Part shown: positions 1 through 10,242 of the stretch, one piece after another | How positions within the stretch are numbered: position 1 is the first letter of the stretch | Layout of the letters: each line of letters begins with the position of its first letter | NCBI GenBank assembly: GCA_964291265.2 | Contig: OZ219747.1 | Span: 320,001-384,000, forward strand | Direction of reading: 5' to 3' | From: Alphaproteobacteria bacterium | GTDB taxonomy: Bacteria > Pseudomonadota > Alphaproteobacteria > SP197 | Length of the DNA: 64,000 nucleotides | Notes under the pieces: model-generated | What the model was told of the DNA's origin: nothing | Databases searched by the model: none | Seen by the model: only the letters and a program-made list of their open reading frames with translations | Translations under genes and position numbers: made by a program

Positions 1-1204
1 TCGCGCCGTGTCGCTGCTGCGATCGGTTCAAGCAGGGCCTCGGTGGCCTCGAGCAGCTCCTGGCGCTTGCGGGCCCGGTCCTCGGCCAGCAGGGGGTTGC
101 GGCAGACCATGAGGCGTTCGCCGGGATACGCATCGCTGGTGATCTCCACCAGGTCCCTCTCGTCGAAGAGCGACATCTCGACGTCGCCGGCCTCCACAAG
201 GGCGCGGATGGCCGGTCCCCTCAAGGCGCTGATCCAGTCCAGGCCCGCAGGCTTCACCTCCTCGCGTATGCGCGCCTCGGTCAGCATCCCCCGGTCTCCC
301 ACCAGCACCACCTTCGCCAGGGAGAAGCGCTCCTGCAGCGTGGTGATCTGTGATGCCACCGTCCCGGGGTCCGCCGTGTTGCCGGGGAACACTTCCACCG
401 ACACTGGACAGCCGTCCCGATCGCACAGAAGGCCGAACTCGATCTGCAGCTTGCCCTTCTTGCCATCCCGGGAATGACCCCTCCTTGCCAGGGGACACGC
501 TCTCCCCTCCATCCATACCGAGGTCAGGTCATAGAGCACCAGGCAGCCCTCTTCGAGGCGCCGCTTCGCCAGGGACCGCTCGATCCTCTCCTGACGCTCC
601 AGGAGCCAGTCCATGGCGCCGTAGAGGGCGTCCTCGTCCATCTCCGCATCGAGGACCTCGCCCAGGGTGCTGACCGCCGTGGCCTCGGCCAGCCCCCTGG
701 CCGTGGCCAGCTTCGAGGCGGGCTCGAGGATGCGTGCCACGATCATGGCCAGGACCTGATCGCGCCGTGCCGAGGGCTTCGGGTCGATCAACCTGTCCAG
801 TCCCAGCTTCTTCAGGGTTCCCAGCACCGCGGCGACATGCCCATGGGGGAGGGAGCGGACGATGTCGAAGGCATCGTCGAGATGTCGGACTGCTGTTCCT
901 CCCTTGAGGAGGATGCGCAATCCCTCGACGAGAGTGGGGGACCACTTGGAGAGGTTGGCGATGGTGCGCTTCTTGACCTTTCCGTTTTCGCGATAGGACT
1001 CGCGGAGCAGGATGGCGGGCGGCGAGGAGCGGTTGGGGACGGCTTCGATGTACATGGCTACTGTACATAGGCACGGCACTGCCGTGTGTCAAGCACAAAA
1101 TGCATCCGTACATGGGTACGTTGTGAAGTCCGTCAAACCCGATAAACCGCGCAAGATCAACGACTTGACGCGATTTCCAGCTGGAAAACGTCCGGAACTT
1201 CGGC
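1..1204 (-). mobile_element. IS1634-family element, one end in window
   Basis: Transposase plus putative terminus ...GGAACTTCGG next to CTAG at 1205-1208; other end outside window, so boundary is inferred. Confidence 0.6.
3..1055 (-). CDS. IS1634-family transposase (runs off the left edge)
   Basis: Read manually from ATG 1055: MYIEAVPNRSSPPAILLRESYRENGKVKKRTIANLSKW, later LYDLTSVWMEG and DRGML motifs; no stop in window so absent from ORF track. Confidence 0.85.
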   Translation of the reverse strand, partial: MYIEAVPNRSSPPAILLRESYRENGKVKKRTIANLSKWSPTLVEGLRILLKGGTAVRHLDDAFDIVRSLPHGHVAAVLGTLKKLGLDRLIDPKPSARRDQVLAMIVARILEPASKLATARGLAEATAVSTLGEVLDAEMDEDALYGAMDWLLERQERIERSLAKRRLEEGCLVLYDLTSVWMEGRACPLARRGHSRDGKKGKLQIEFGLLCDRDGCPVSVEVFPGNTADPGTVASQITTLQERFSLAKVVLVGDRGMLTEARIREEVKPAGLDWISALRGPAIRALVEAGDVEMSLFDERDLVEITSDAYPGERLMVCRNPLLAEDRARKRQELLEATEALLEPIAAATRR

Positions 1205-2002
1205 CTAGAGCACTTCTTCGAAGTAGCGCACGGCATGCTCGATCAGGCTGCGCATGGCAAACAGCATGGCCGGAGCATCGCCGATCCTGCCCCGTTGCAC
1301 TCCATCTCCGGTGGCGAAGTGCTCCCCGACAGCGGGGAAGTGGGTACCGTTGTCGTCCGCGACATTCGGCACCTCCACCCAAGTGCGTCGTCCATCGACC
1401 AGCATCGGGAAGCGCAAGGTCTTGAGTCGTCGCCGGTCGACCAGCGACTCGGCGTAGTGCAATGCCGTGCAGCGGTTGAAACCCACGCCCAGGAGCAGGA
1501 TCCGGCAATCGAGGTCATGGAGCTTCCCGAACGGTCCGCCCGGACCTTCCGAGAAGGCCAGGGGGTGGTCGCCGATGATACCCGGCGCCTCGACGCCCCG
1601 GGCACAGACGGACTCGACCGGGTGTTGGCTGCGCAGGGTGTCCGGCCAGTTGCGAAAGCTCTCGCATATGGCGCCCATGGTCGTAGGCGTGGTTCGGGCA
1701 TCGAAGACCGGAAGGTGCTCCCTGACCTCATCCAGCCAGGCTTCGGGGAGTCGGGGACTCGTCCATGTCGCAGGGTCGGCGCAGTGAGGCGTCGCCGCCG
1801 GCATGACCAGCGTGCCGCCTTCCCCGAGTGCGGACAGGAGTGCCCGCACCACGGTCGGTGCTCCGCCGACGACCCAGCCGATCGAACTCAGCGAGGAGTG
1901 GACCAGCAGGGTCGTGCCCCGAGTGACGCCTATCGCCGCAAGATCCCTCTCCAGACCGGCTTGCGTCTTGGGCTCGCCTTCGAACATCCTCATCGTTGTC
2001 AC
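1205..2002 (-). CDS. AAC(3)/YokD-family N-acetyltransferase
   Basis: LLVHSSLSSIGWVVGG, GTLVMP, RSQHPVES, LLGVGFNRCTALHYAE motifs. Confidence 0.9.
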   Translation of the reverse strand: MTTMRMFEGEPKTQAGLERDLAAIGVTRGTTLLVHSSLSSIGWVVGGAPTVVRALLSALGEGGTLVMPAATPHCADPATWTSPRLPEAWLDEVREHLPVFDARTTPTTMGAICESFRNWPDTLRSQHPVESVCARGVEAPGIIGDHPLAFSEGPGGPFGKLHDLDCRILLLGVGFNRCTALHYAESLVDRRRLKTLRFPMLVDGRRTWVEVPNVADDNGTHFPAVGEHFATGDGVQRGRIGDAPAMLFAMRSLIEHAVRYFEEVL

Positions 2003-2396
2003 CTCCAGGACTCCCGCAAGGCGCCGTTACCTTCCTTCAGGAGTCTGGTAGGCATGCATAGCCAAGTCGTTTACCGGCCCCTGGTGCTGCGTCAAGCACC
2101 AACTTTCAACTCTACCAACTTCATGGTTGGACGGGTGCGTGTTCCTATGGCACCAAGTCGAGAACCGACTTTCCTGGCGAGTTCGTGGCCCGCTGGGAAA
2201 GGCGGAAGGGAGGTGTCTGAGGTTCGAGCATGCCGACAAGCTGCCGAGGGTCATGTCGAGATCTGTGCCATTCCGCAAGGCCGGTCGCACCGGCATCAAT
2301 TCGATGGGTCCATACAGCAAGTGGAGGTCGCTGAGATAGCCGCAACGAATTGCAACCTTGCGCAATTTTGCGGTGGTTGTGCGAAACAACCAGGTG

Positions 2397-2425
2397 TTGA
2401 CTTGCAACGATATAAACAGTATACG
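2397..2425 (+). promoter_or_regulatory. sigma70-like promoter for ATPase-S8 operon
   Basis: TTGACT-17 nt-TATACG in an AT-richer stretch about 40 nt upstream of ATG 2467. Confidence 0.55.
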
Positions 2426-2466
2426 CAATCACGGTGTGGCTCTCATTGCCCTTCTCAGGAGTCGGT

Positions 2467-3684
2467 ATGGAGCATTTCTCGATAACTCAGGCGCTGTGCC
2501 GAGCAGCAATGGCGAATGCCTCCCCCGCGTTACGGAAGCAGGTGGAGCGGCTGAGAAACGCGCTCGCCCAGGACGGGGAAGACCGGCAGGCAGCGGCCCT
2601 GACCAAACTCCTCCGCGCCGCCGAGCGGACAAGGGAGATGGCACCAGGGCGGCTTGCGCGTTCGAGGGCGCAAATGCCTGGTGAAACGCTCAGTCGCAAC
2701 ACACCACTCCCTGTCGACCGCGAGACGTCTGCTACGTTGGCTGAGCTTCTGTTTCCGGCGGACATTCGCGCCGACCCGCCCTTGTTCAATTCGACGGTCA
2801 CCGCTGCCATCGAGACGGTCATCGAGGAGTGGACGAATCTTGCAGCGCTCTCCGCTCTCGACCTTCAACCGCCAAGGACCTGCCTCATCTATGGTGCGCC
2901 TGGCACCGGCAAGACCCGCCTCGCCCTGTGGATAGCCCATGAGCTCAGCCTGCCTGTCGTGCTGGCGAGGCTGGACGGTTTGGTATCCTCGTTTCTCGGA
3001 ACGACTGCGCGCAACATCGGCAATCTCTTTGCCTTCGCGAACCGCCATCGGTGTTTGCTGCTTCTGGACGAGTTCGACGCCATCGCGAAGCTCCGCGACG
3101 ACCCGCAGGAGGTGGGCGAGATCAAGCGGGTGGTGAATGCCCTGTTGCAGAACCTTGATTCGCGCAAGAACCTCGGCTTCACCATAGGAATCACGAACCA
3201 TGAACGTCTGCTGGATCCTGCGGTCTGGCGGCGCTTCGAGGTGCAGCTTGAGCTTCCGAAACCGGACTTTCAGATGCGCACAGCAGTCGCCCGACACTTC
3301 ATGCCGCCGATCGAAGTTCCCGAAAGCCATCTCCGTCTGATCGCCTGGTTTACGGAAGGGTGCACGGGCGCAGAGATCGAGTCCCTTGTGCGCACCTGCA
3401 AGAAGGCCACCACGGTAAGGAATCATGATCGACGGAGCTTGTTGGACACGCTTCGGCAGTTTGCGACACTCAATGGCGCACGCATCAACAGTACCCGGCG
3501 GGTGCTTCTGTTCAGCAATGAGGCGACCCTGTTCCGCGCCATGAAAGATGATCCCGAACTCGGCTTTTCACTTGCCGACATCGGCAAAGTCGCCGGCCGG
3601 GATAAATCCACGGTAAGCCGCCAACTCGGAAAGCATCGAGATCACCATCCCGAAGCCAGAGGCGAAGCGAGCGCCGATGGCTAG
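2467..3684 (+). CDS. AAA+ ATPase (IetA-like) with C-terminal HTH-like segment
   Basis: Walker A GAPGTGKT, Walker B LLLLDEFD, SRH TNHERLLDPAVWRRF; C-terminal SLADIGKVAGRDKSTVSRQL. Confidence 0.9.
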   Translation: MEHFSITQALCRAAMANASPALRKQVERLRNALAQDGEDRQAAALTKLLRAAERTREMAPGRLARSRAQMPGETLSRNTPLPVDRETSATLAELLFPADIRADPPLFNSTVTAAIETVIEEWTNLAALSALDLQPPRTCLIYGAPGTGKTRLALWIAHELSLPVVLARLDGLVSSFLGTTARNIGNLFAFANRHRCLLLLDEFDAIAKLRDDPQEVGEIKRVVNALLQNLDSRKNLGFTIGITNHERLLDPAVWRRFEVQLELPKPDFQMRTAVARHFMPPIEVPESHLRLIAWFTEGCTGAEIESLVRTCKKATTVRNHDRRSLLDTLRQFATLNGARINSTRRVLLFSNEATLFRAMKDDPELGFSLADIGKVAGRDKSTVSRQLGKHRDHHPEARGEASADG

Positions 3685-6177
3685 TCCAATCCAGATCATC
3701 CTGAATCCCGAGAATTATGAGGAGGTTCGGGAAAAGTCCGGCGGCGGTCCGAAGAAGGATTTCTTTGCAAACCGTGATCAGGAATTCCGACAACACAAGT
3801 CGCGCCTCATCAAGCAGCTCAGAACCGTTGCGGACTGTCTACATGCAAGTTCACCACAGGCTGATCTGGGCTATGTGAAGGTGATCCTGCGACGTCCGGC
3901 CTGGGCCAAGAGCCACCGGCCACTGCATGCGCTCTTCAAGCCAAGTCGCACTCCGATGGTAGGCGGAACGGATCTCGGCGTCGTGCTTGTTGAAGCGCGA
4001 CCTTCGACCTTGTTGCAGGTGGCCGAGGAAATCGCCGAGGCCGAAGATCACACCAGGTTTCGTTTCGTCGAGGCCCGGGGAAGGGAAGTCCCGTACCCCT
4101 CAGCCCGCCGGAGTGAGGCCGGCGCCATTGACCGAGTTGAGATTTATGGTCAGAGCGACCGACGAGATTTTTCGCTCGAAGAGGCTGTGGCGTGGCTGTC
4201 AAACCCGATCACTGGTGGCAGCTACCAGGTCGAGCTCTTCGAAGTACCACCTCCGCGGGGCGATTGGGACGCACTCGATGAAAGCCATCGCCTCCTGTTC
4301 CAGTCCTTTGTTGCTGGCCTCGAGGCGCTCGGTGAGGGACTGATGGTTCAGCGGCTTTCCAGCCGCGTCCGCCGAGCCCAACCACTTTTGTCCATCCGAT
4401 TGGCTCGCTCCGATGCCCCCCCAACACTACGCCTGGGTTCGCCCCCTCAGAGCGATCGTCGCCGCGAAGTCGCGCCTTTCGATCCGTCGCAAGAGCGGCA
4501 TAGGCGCGTCTTGGCCTTCTTGGACAAACATCCCCTTGTGCGCAAGGTGTCGCTCCCCGGCGTTGTCGTGAGAGCAACAACCAGTCAAGGCCTTGTACGC
4601 CCCAACGAGGCGATGGTGCCCGTCCGGGATACGGCTAGAACCCATCCGAAAATCGGCATCATCGACGGCGGACTGGGTGAGGCACTATCGGATTGGATAA
4701 TTGACCGATGGGACATTCTTGCCGAAGAACACAGGGATCTCGCGCATGGGTCTTTCATTGGAGGTCTCGCCGTCCTCGGTGGAACACTCAACGGCCCCCA
4801 ATGTTGTCCAGAGGCCGATGGCGCTGAAATCGTCGATCTCGCCGTATTTCCGAGCGAAAGTAGCGACATCTTCGCGTTGTATTATCCTGAGGGCCCGCAT
4901 CAATTTTTTGATGAAGTCGAAATCGCTTTAGGTGACATGCGGTCGCGGCACGGCGTCCGCATCTTCAACATGAGCCTGAACGTACTGCAGCAAGCGCCCC
5001 TTGATCGATACAGTCCTCATGCGGCCCATCTCGACCGCATTGCCGAAGATAACGATGCCATTGTCTTCGTGTCGGCGGGCAACCTCGAATCCCAAGATCT
5101 CCGCCCAGAATGGCCAGACGACGAGACACAGGCGCTCGCGACCATAGCCGCGTCGATCAACGACGGATTGCTCATGCCGGCTGAGAGCGTTCGAAATCTA
5201 GCAGTTGCCGCGGTCAACCCGCCAGGACACCCGATTTCCGTCCCTTTCGCGCCGTGCCGCTTCAGTCGGCGGGGACCAGGCTTGCGAGCCGGTGTAAAGC
5301 CAGATCTCGCTCATGTCGGTGGTTCCGGTTCTCCTCAGCCTCCACTTGACCACGCGCTCTTCTCGGTCACCCCTGATGGCGCGATCATCAGCGGGTGTGG
5401 CACAAGCTATGCAACTCCGCTCGTTGCGAAGACGGCTGCTGCCCTTGACCACGCATTGAAGGTGATGTCTCAAGAGAAACGCTCATCGGTCTCCTGGTTC
5501 ATAACGCCCAGGTTCCGGAACCGCTTCAGGCGAAGGCATTAGCCCCGGTAGCCCGTCACCTGGTGGGTTTCGGTGTTCCATCATCGACAGAGCATATTCT
5601 TGAATCTGGCGATCACGAGATCACGTTGGTCTTCGCCTCGCGGATCAGACGTGATCAGCAGATGATCTTTCCGTTCTCCTGGCCTGCGTCTCTTCTGGGT
5701 CCTGGGGGGAAGTGCCGCGGCGCCGCGCGTTTGACCCTCGTGTCCTCGCCGCCGCTTGATCCGCGCTATGGCTCTGAATTCGTGCGCGTCAATCTTGAAG
5801 CAGCCCTTCAGCAAGAGAATCCTGACGGCGGTTGGAGAGGCCGCCTGGATCCTGTCTATCTTCCGGGTGGAAGCGAGAATCCAGTTATCGAAGCCGAACT
5901 CATCGAGCACGGCCTGAAATGGAGTCCGGTCAAGGTCTTCGCCAAAGAGATGCCGCGCGGGGTAGGCACGTCATCTAGCTGGCGGCTTTCCATCAACTAC
6001 CTGACGCGTGCTGGTGAGAAGATGCCCGATGATGGGGTGCCCTTCACCGCAATCTTGACGATCTCTGACCCGGAGGGAGCGCAGCCGGTTTTCAACGACC
6101 TGCGTCAGACACTCATAGCTCTCGGTGTGCAGATTTCCGACATCCGTACGGCCGCGCGCATCACCCCACGCGTATAA
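3677..6177 (+). pseudogene. S8 subtilase (IetS-like), split by a 1-bp frameshift near 5454
   Basis: IIDGG, HGSFIGG, SAGN, GTSYATP motifs; alternate frame continues IEGDVSRETLIGLLVH...VGFG into ORF 5563..6177. Confidence 0.8.
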
Positions 6178-6205
6178 TGTCGGTCAGCGGCTCGAGTCGT
6201 AACTA

Positions 6206-7991
6206 GTGTCCGCCCGAGAAAGTACAACCATTTGACTCTAAAACCTGAATTGTGGTATGAGTGAGGCAAAGAACCCCGCTTTGGGGCGGGAATCAGCCGG
6301 ATTTTCGGGAAATTTCGCGAGAATGGCCATGCGAGACTTCGTCCGCCCTCAGCTGGAGTTGGGACAGGTAGCGATCGAGGAGATCGATCTCAACGAGCAC
6401 TCGCGGGACGACATTCCGCCGATGCTGCGCGGGATTCAGCGCGTGTACACCGATCCGTCGACCCGTGCCCGGCTGTTTGAGATCCTGGAGGAGGGGATCC
6501 TTCCCGGAGTGTCGCTCACGAAAGGGCGCCCCGGCATGGAGCTTTGGAAGATCCTGGTGATGGGTCTCCTGAAGCAGGGCCTGGGACATGACTGCGATCA
6601 CCTGCACGAGCTGGTGAACGAGCACAAGACGGTTCGTAAGTTCCTGGGTCACGCCGACATCTGGGGCGACACACGCTACGGGCATCAAACGGTGGTGGAC
6701 AACGTGAGCCAGCTGACGCCGGATGTGCTGGAGAAGGTGTCGCAGCTGGTGGCGGAGAGCGGCCATGCGATGGTGCGCATGCGCAAGCGTGGCAAGGATC
6801 GTCGCCATGTGGACGGTCCTCTTCGTGGTCGTTGCGGTTCGTTTGTGGTGGAGACGGACGTGCACTACCCGACGGACGTCAATCTTCTGTGGGATGCGAT
6901 GCGTTGTCTGGTGCGCGATACGGGCCGCGCATCCGTGGCTGAGGGCATGACCGAATGGCGTCAGTGGAAGCATTGGACCCGGGTATTGCAGAAGCATTTT
7001 CAGAAGGTCCGGCAGACCCGTCGGACCTCTTCGGAGGATGTCGAGGCGTACCTCGACACCGGCCGGGAGTTGGTCCGGCGGGCGCAGGAGACAGTTCCGT
7101 TGCTTGTGGAGCGCGGCGTCGGGGCCCCCGCGGTTCTCAGGATCGAGTCGTACCTCGAGCATGCCCGCCGGCAGATCGATCAGGTGGACCGGCGCCTGCT
7201 GAAAGGCGAGAAGATTCCGCAGGACGAGAAGGTGTTCTCGATCTTCGAGGAGCACACGCGCTGGTGCGTGAAGGGCAAGGCCGGTGTGCCGGTGGAACTC
7301 GGTGTGCCGGTGGCCGTGCTGGAGGATCAGCACGGCTTTCTCCTGCACCACCGGATCCTGTGGGAAGGCAGTGACGTGGACCATGCCGTACCCGTGATCC
7401 GGGAAGCGCAGGCGCGCTTCCCGGATCTGCGCCTGTGCAGTTTCGACAAGGGGTTCCACAGCCCTTCCAACCGGGTCGCACTGGACGCACTGCTGGATCA
7501 CAACGTGCTTGTTGAAGAAGGGGAAGCTCTCTCGGGCGGACCGGGAACGGGAAGCTGAGACGACGTTCCGGGAGATGCGCCGGCAGCATCCGGCCGTGGG
7601 TGCCACGATCAACAATCTCAAGCAACGCGGCATGGACCGGGTCCTCATCCTACGGAGCGGACGGCTTTGCGCGGATGGTGGCGCTGTCCATGGTGGCCTT
7701 CAATGTCCACCACATCGGGCTGCTGCTGCACAGGGAGGCCCGGGCCCGACGACGACGACGAAGACGCGCCGCCTGACGGCAGCTCCCAAGACCCTATCCG
7801 CAACGAAACCCGCTCAAGCGGGAACGGAGCCGCTTGCCCTGAAGTCGGGATTCTTGCCTGGGATAGTCCTGATGCCGCCATGAATCGGCAGGAACAAGCC
7901 TCGAAAACGGAGCGCTCTGGGGCTCCGGGGGACGATCAAACCCGAAGCTTCGCCGAAAGGTCAGCCGAAACGGGCATTTCCGGGCGGGCAC
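6206..7991 (+). mobile_element. Degenerate DDE insertion sequence (ISNCY/IS5-like)
   Basis: Imperfect TIRs GTGTCCGCCCGAGAAA (6206) and TTTCCGGGCGGGCAC (ends 7991); AACTA on both flanks. Confidence 0.7.
6257..7776 (+). pseudogene. Transposase, frameshifted near 7510 and 7650
   Basis: GRPGMELWKILV, FSIFEEHT..KGKAG, SFDKGF motifs; tail pieces in other frames. Confidence 0.75.
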
Positions 7992-8089
7992 GAACTAGAA
8001 CACGACGAGATTCGGTTGCGTGACGGGAAGACCGGTGCGCGCGCGGTCCCGCTGTCGCCGGCGGCGAGACGAGGGCTCAACGCCATGCC

Positions 8090-8330
8090 CCCTGCAGCCC
8101 GACAATCCCTGGGTCATCTTGGGGCGTGGACCCGGAACGCGCCTCGCCAATCTGAACGCATCGCGGCAGGTGTTCGGTCTTGAGGATGTGCGGCTTCACG
8201 ATCTTCGCCACGGTTTCACCAGCAGGGCGCTCGCGCACGGTGAGAGCCTGCCGATGATCGTCCGGCTCCTCGACCACAACCAGATCCAGACCACCGCCTC
8301 TACGCCCACCTCGCGAAGTGATTTGCGGCT
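8090..8330 (+). pseudogene. Tyrosine recombinase C-terminal fragment
   Basis: LHDLRHGFTSRALAHGESLPMIVRLLDHNQIQTT box II motif; no N-terminus. Confidence 0.75.
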
Positions 8331-8361
8331 CCATGCGCACCGCAGCTGAGAAGGTTTCGAC

Positions 8362-8904
8362 TCAGGCAGTGATGGAAGGCCGGCGCCGGCTCAAAGAAGA
8401 AGATCCAGATATGTGCGCCACTGCCCGAACGTGACGCTCAAGGGCTGCAGGCACTCTCTTCGTCCGGACGGCATCAAGGAAGGAGTCCGTGTCTCGCCGC
8501 CAGGCATCCCCGTCGAAGTCAGCGGCGAAAAACCGGCAACGGTCGTCCGGCAGCATGAAGCAGATGCCGGGCATATGGCGTCCTCATGGATGCTCGGCGA
8601 CCACTTCGTCCATCACCGCCAGGGAGGCTTGGTGAGGGCAGGCGCCGCACGGATTCCGGCAGAGTCGCAGTGTCCGCTCGTCAGCGAAGACTTGCGTGCA
8701 GTCCGCGTTGTCGGTCCCGGCGCTTTCCTGGCGCTTGGGATGGACATCCTCGCGGCCGCGAAACAGGAACCTGAACAACGCGACCTTGTCGAGCGCCGGC
8801 GAAAGCCCGGTGATCGGCGCCGGAGGTCGCCGCGCGTCCTCTGAATCCGCCCGTCGGGCCACGAATTCGGCATGACATCTCCCGTTCGCCCCCAAGAGGC
8901 GCAC
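8362..8904 (-). pseudogene. Fragments of AEP-primase/helicase (TOTE-type) N-terminus
   Basis: KVALFRFLFRGREDVHPKR and CRFFAADFDGDAWRRD...PAALER in different frames. Confidence 0.55.
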
Positions 8905-8952
8905 GTTGCTCGCGTGTAAGCGCCGCCTCCCCTCGAGCGGACACCTTGTGCG

Positions 8953-9514
8953 TCAAACTTCTTCACTGAACATGGCCGGGATCGCTTCGATGGCGATGAA
9001 CATCCGTTCCGGACGATCCTGGAAGCTCCGGGAACCGAGACACTGGTAGAATGTCATGCGGCGCGCGCAGGCCTCGTTCTCTCCATCGTCGATCACGTCC
9101 AGGACAACCAGCTTGAGGCCCGACTTCACCAGCCACATTGAAAGCGCGGCCGAGCGCATCGACCGCCAGGTCGGAGCCAAGTCTCCGGCCTTGCCAGCTT
9201 CGATCCACAGCAATCATGGAGAGATACAGCGCCGGAACGCTGCCGGTACTGGGAGCCCGTCGGGGCAGCGCCTGTCCGAGTCCGTCCGTCGCGACGGCGT
9301 GTGCATTCAGCGCATAGTAGCCAAGCCCCTTGGACAATCCTTCGGCAACTGCAACGAATACTCTCGCAATGTCGTCCTTCTGCTGCTTTCTGGCGCTGAA
9401 CCGCAGAAAATTGTCGAGACGGTCCGTGCCGCAGGTGAAGCCCGACCGGTCATGCCGGCCGGGATCGAACGGTTCGATGACGATTCCGGGAGTCGCCGCA
9501 CGATCATCCTGCAT
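8953..9514 (-). pseudogene. GNAT acetyltransferase toxin, +1 frameshift near 9120
   Basis: HDRSGFTCG..LDNFL, IAVDRSWQGRRLG; tail LKLVVLD...FYQCLG in another frame. Confidence 0.8.
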
Positions 9515-9815
9515 TGGCAATCCGGGCGCGGTAGTTGCGCACCGCTTCCCGGGCTGCCGGTGTAGGCGGCGGCGGATTGTCAAGCGCTTCCAGAAGCATC
9601 TGCCTGTCGCGCTCCAGAAGCGCCGTGGTCTGATGCTCACGCAGGATGCGCTCGGCCTCCCTGCCAACCGACGCTCTGACAAACGTTGAAAGCTTGACGC
9701 TCGACAGCTCGGCGGCCCGGACAATGCGCTCCTTGTCGCTCGGTCTCACCCACGTCTCGATATGATCGGTCGCCTTCTCATTCGAAGACGCTTCCACATC
9801 GCTGAAGTTCAACAC
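9504..9815 (-). CDS. DUF1778 (TacA-like) antitoxin
   Basis: IVRAAELSSVKLSTFV...LEALDNPPPPTPA; overlaps GNAT start. Confidence 0.85.
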   Translation of the reverse strand: MLNFSDVEASSNEKATDHIETWVRPSDKERIVRAAELSSVKLSTFVRASVGREAERILREHQTTALLERDRQMLLEALDNPPPPTPAAREAVRNYRARIANAG

Positions 9816-10242
9816 GGCCCACCCTCCTTTTCTGTCCAGACAATGTAGGGTCCAGCAGGAAGTATCAATGTCAGCTGTCCTGGTCCCTCCGGATCACGGC
9901 AGGACGGACCGGCAATGGCTTGATCGCGCCCTGGACGGAGACAGTCTGGATGTTGATCCACCGGACGCTCAATCCCGCGGAAGTCGATTGGGACGTCACG
10001 GGGCGGCTGACCCACGGACATCGGGTGCTGCGGTCCCTCGACAGAATTGCGACAGCGGCCGCTGGTTGATCGCCGACCGGGATGGCGTGTCGGCCAGGAC
10101 GTTCGCGCCGCCGGAAGGCGCCATCCTCGTGGACGGCAGCGCTTGTGCGAGCGCAAGGCACTGGTGATCGGATTCTGCAGATCCCGGCTCTGCCGGGTGT
10201 CGATGTCACCGAACCTCGCTGACATGCAGTCGTGAGCACGCG

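Noticed and set aside
9816-10242. Short overlapping ORFs between TA pair and aminotransferase
   Set aside because: No recognisable motif; probably degraded DNA
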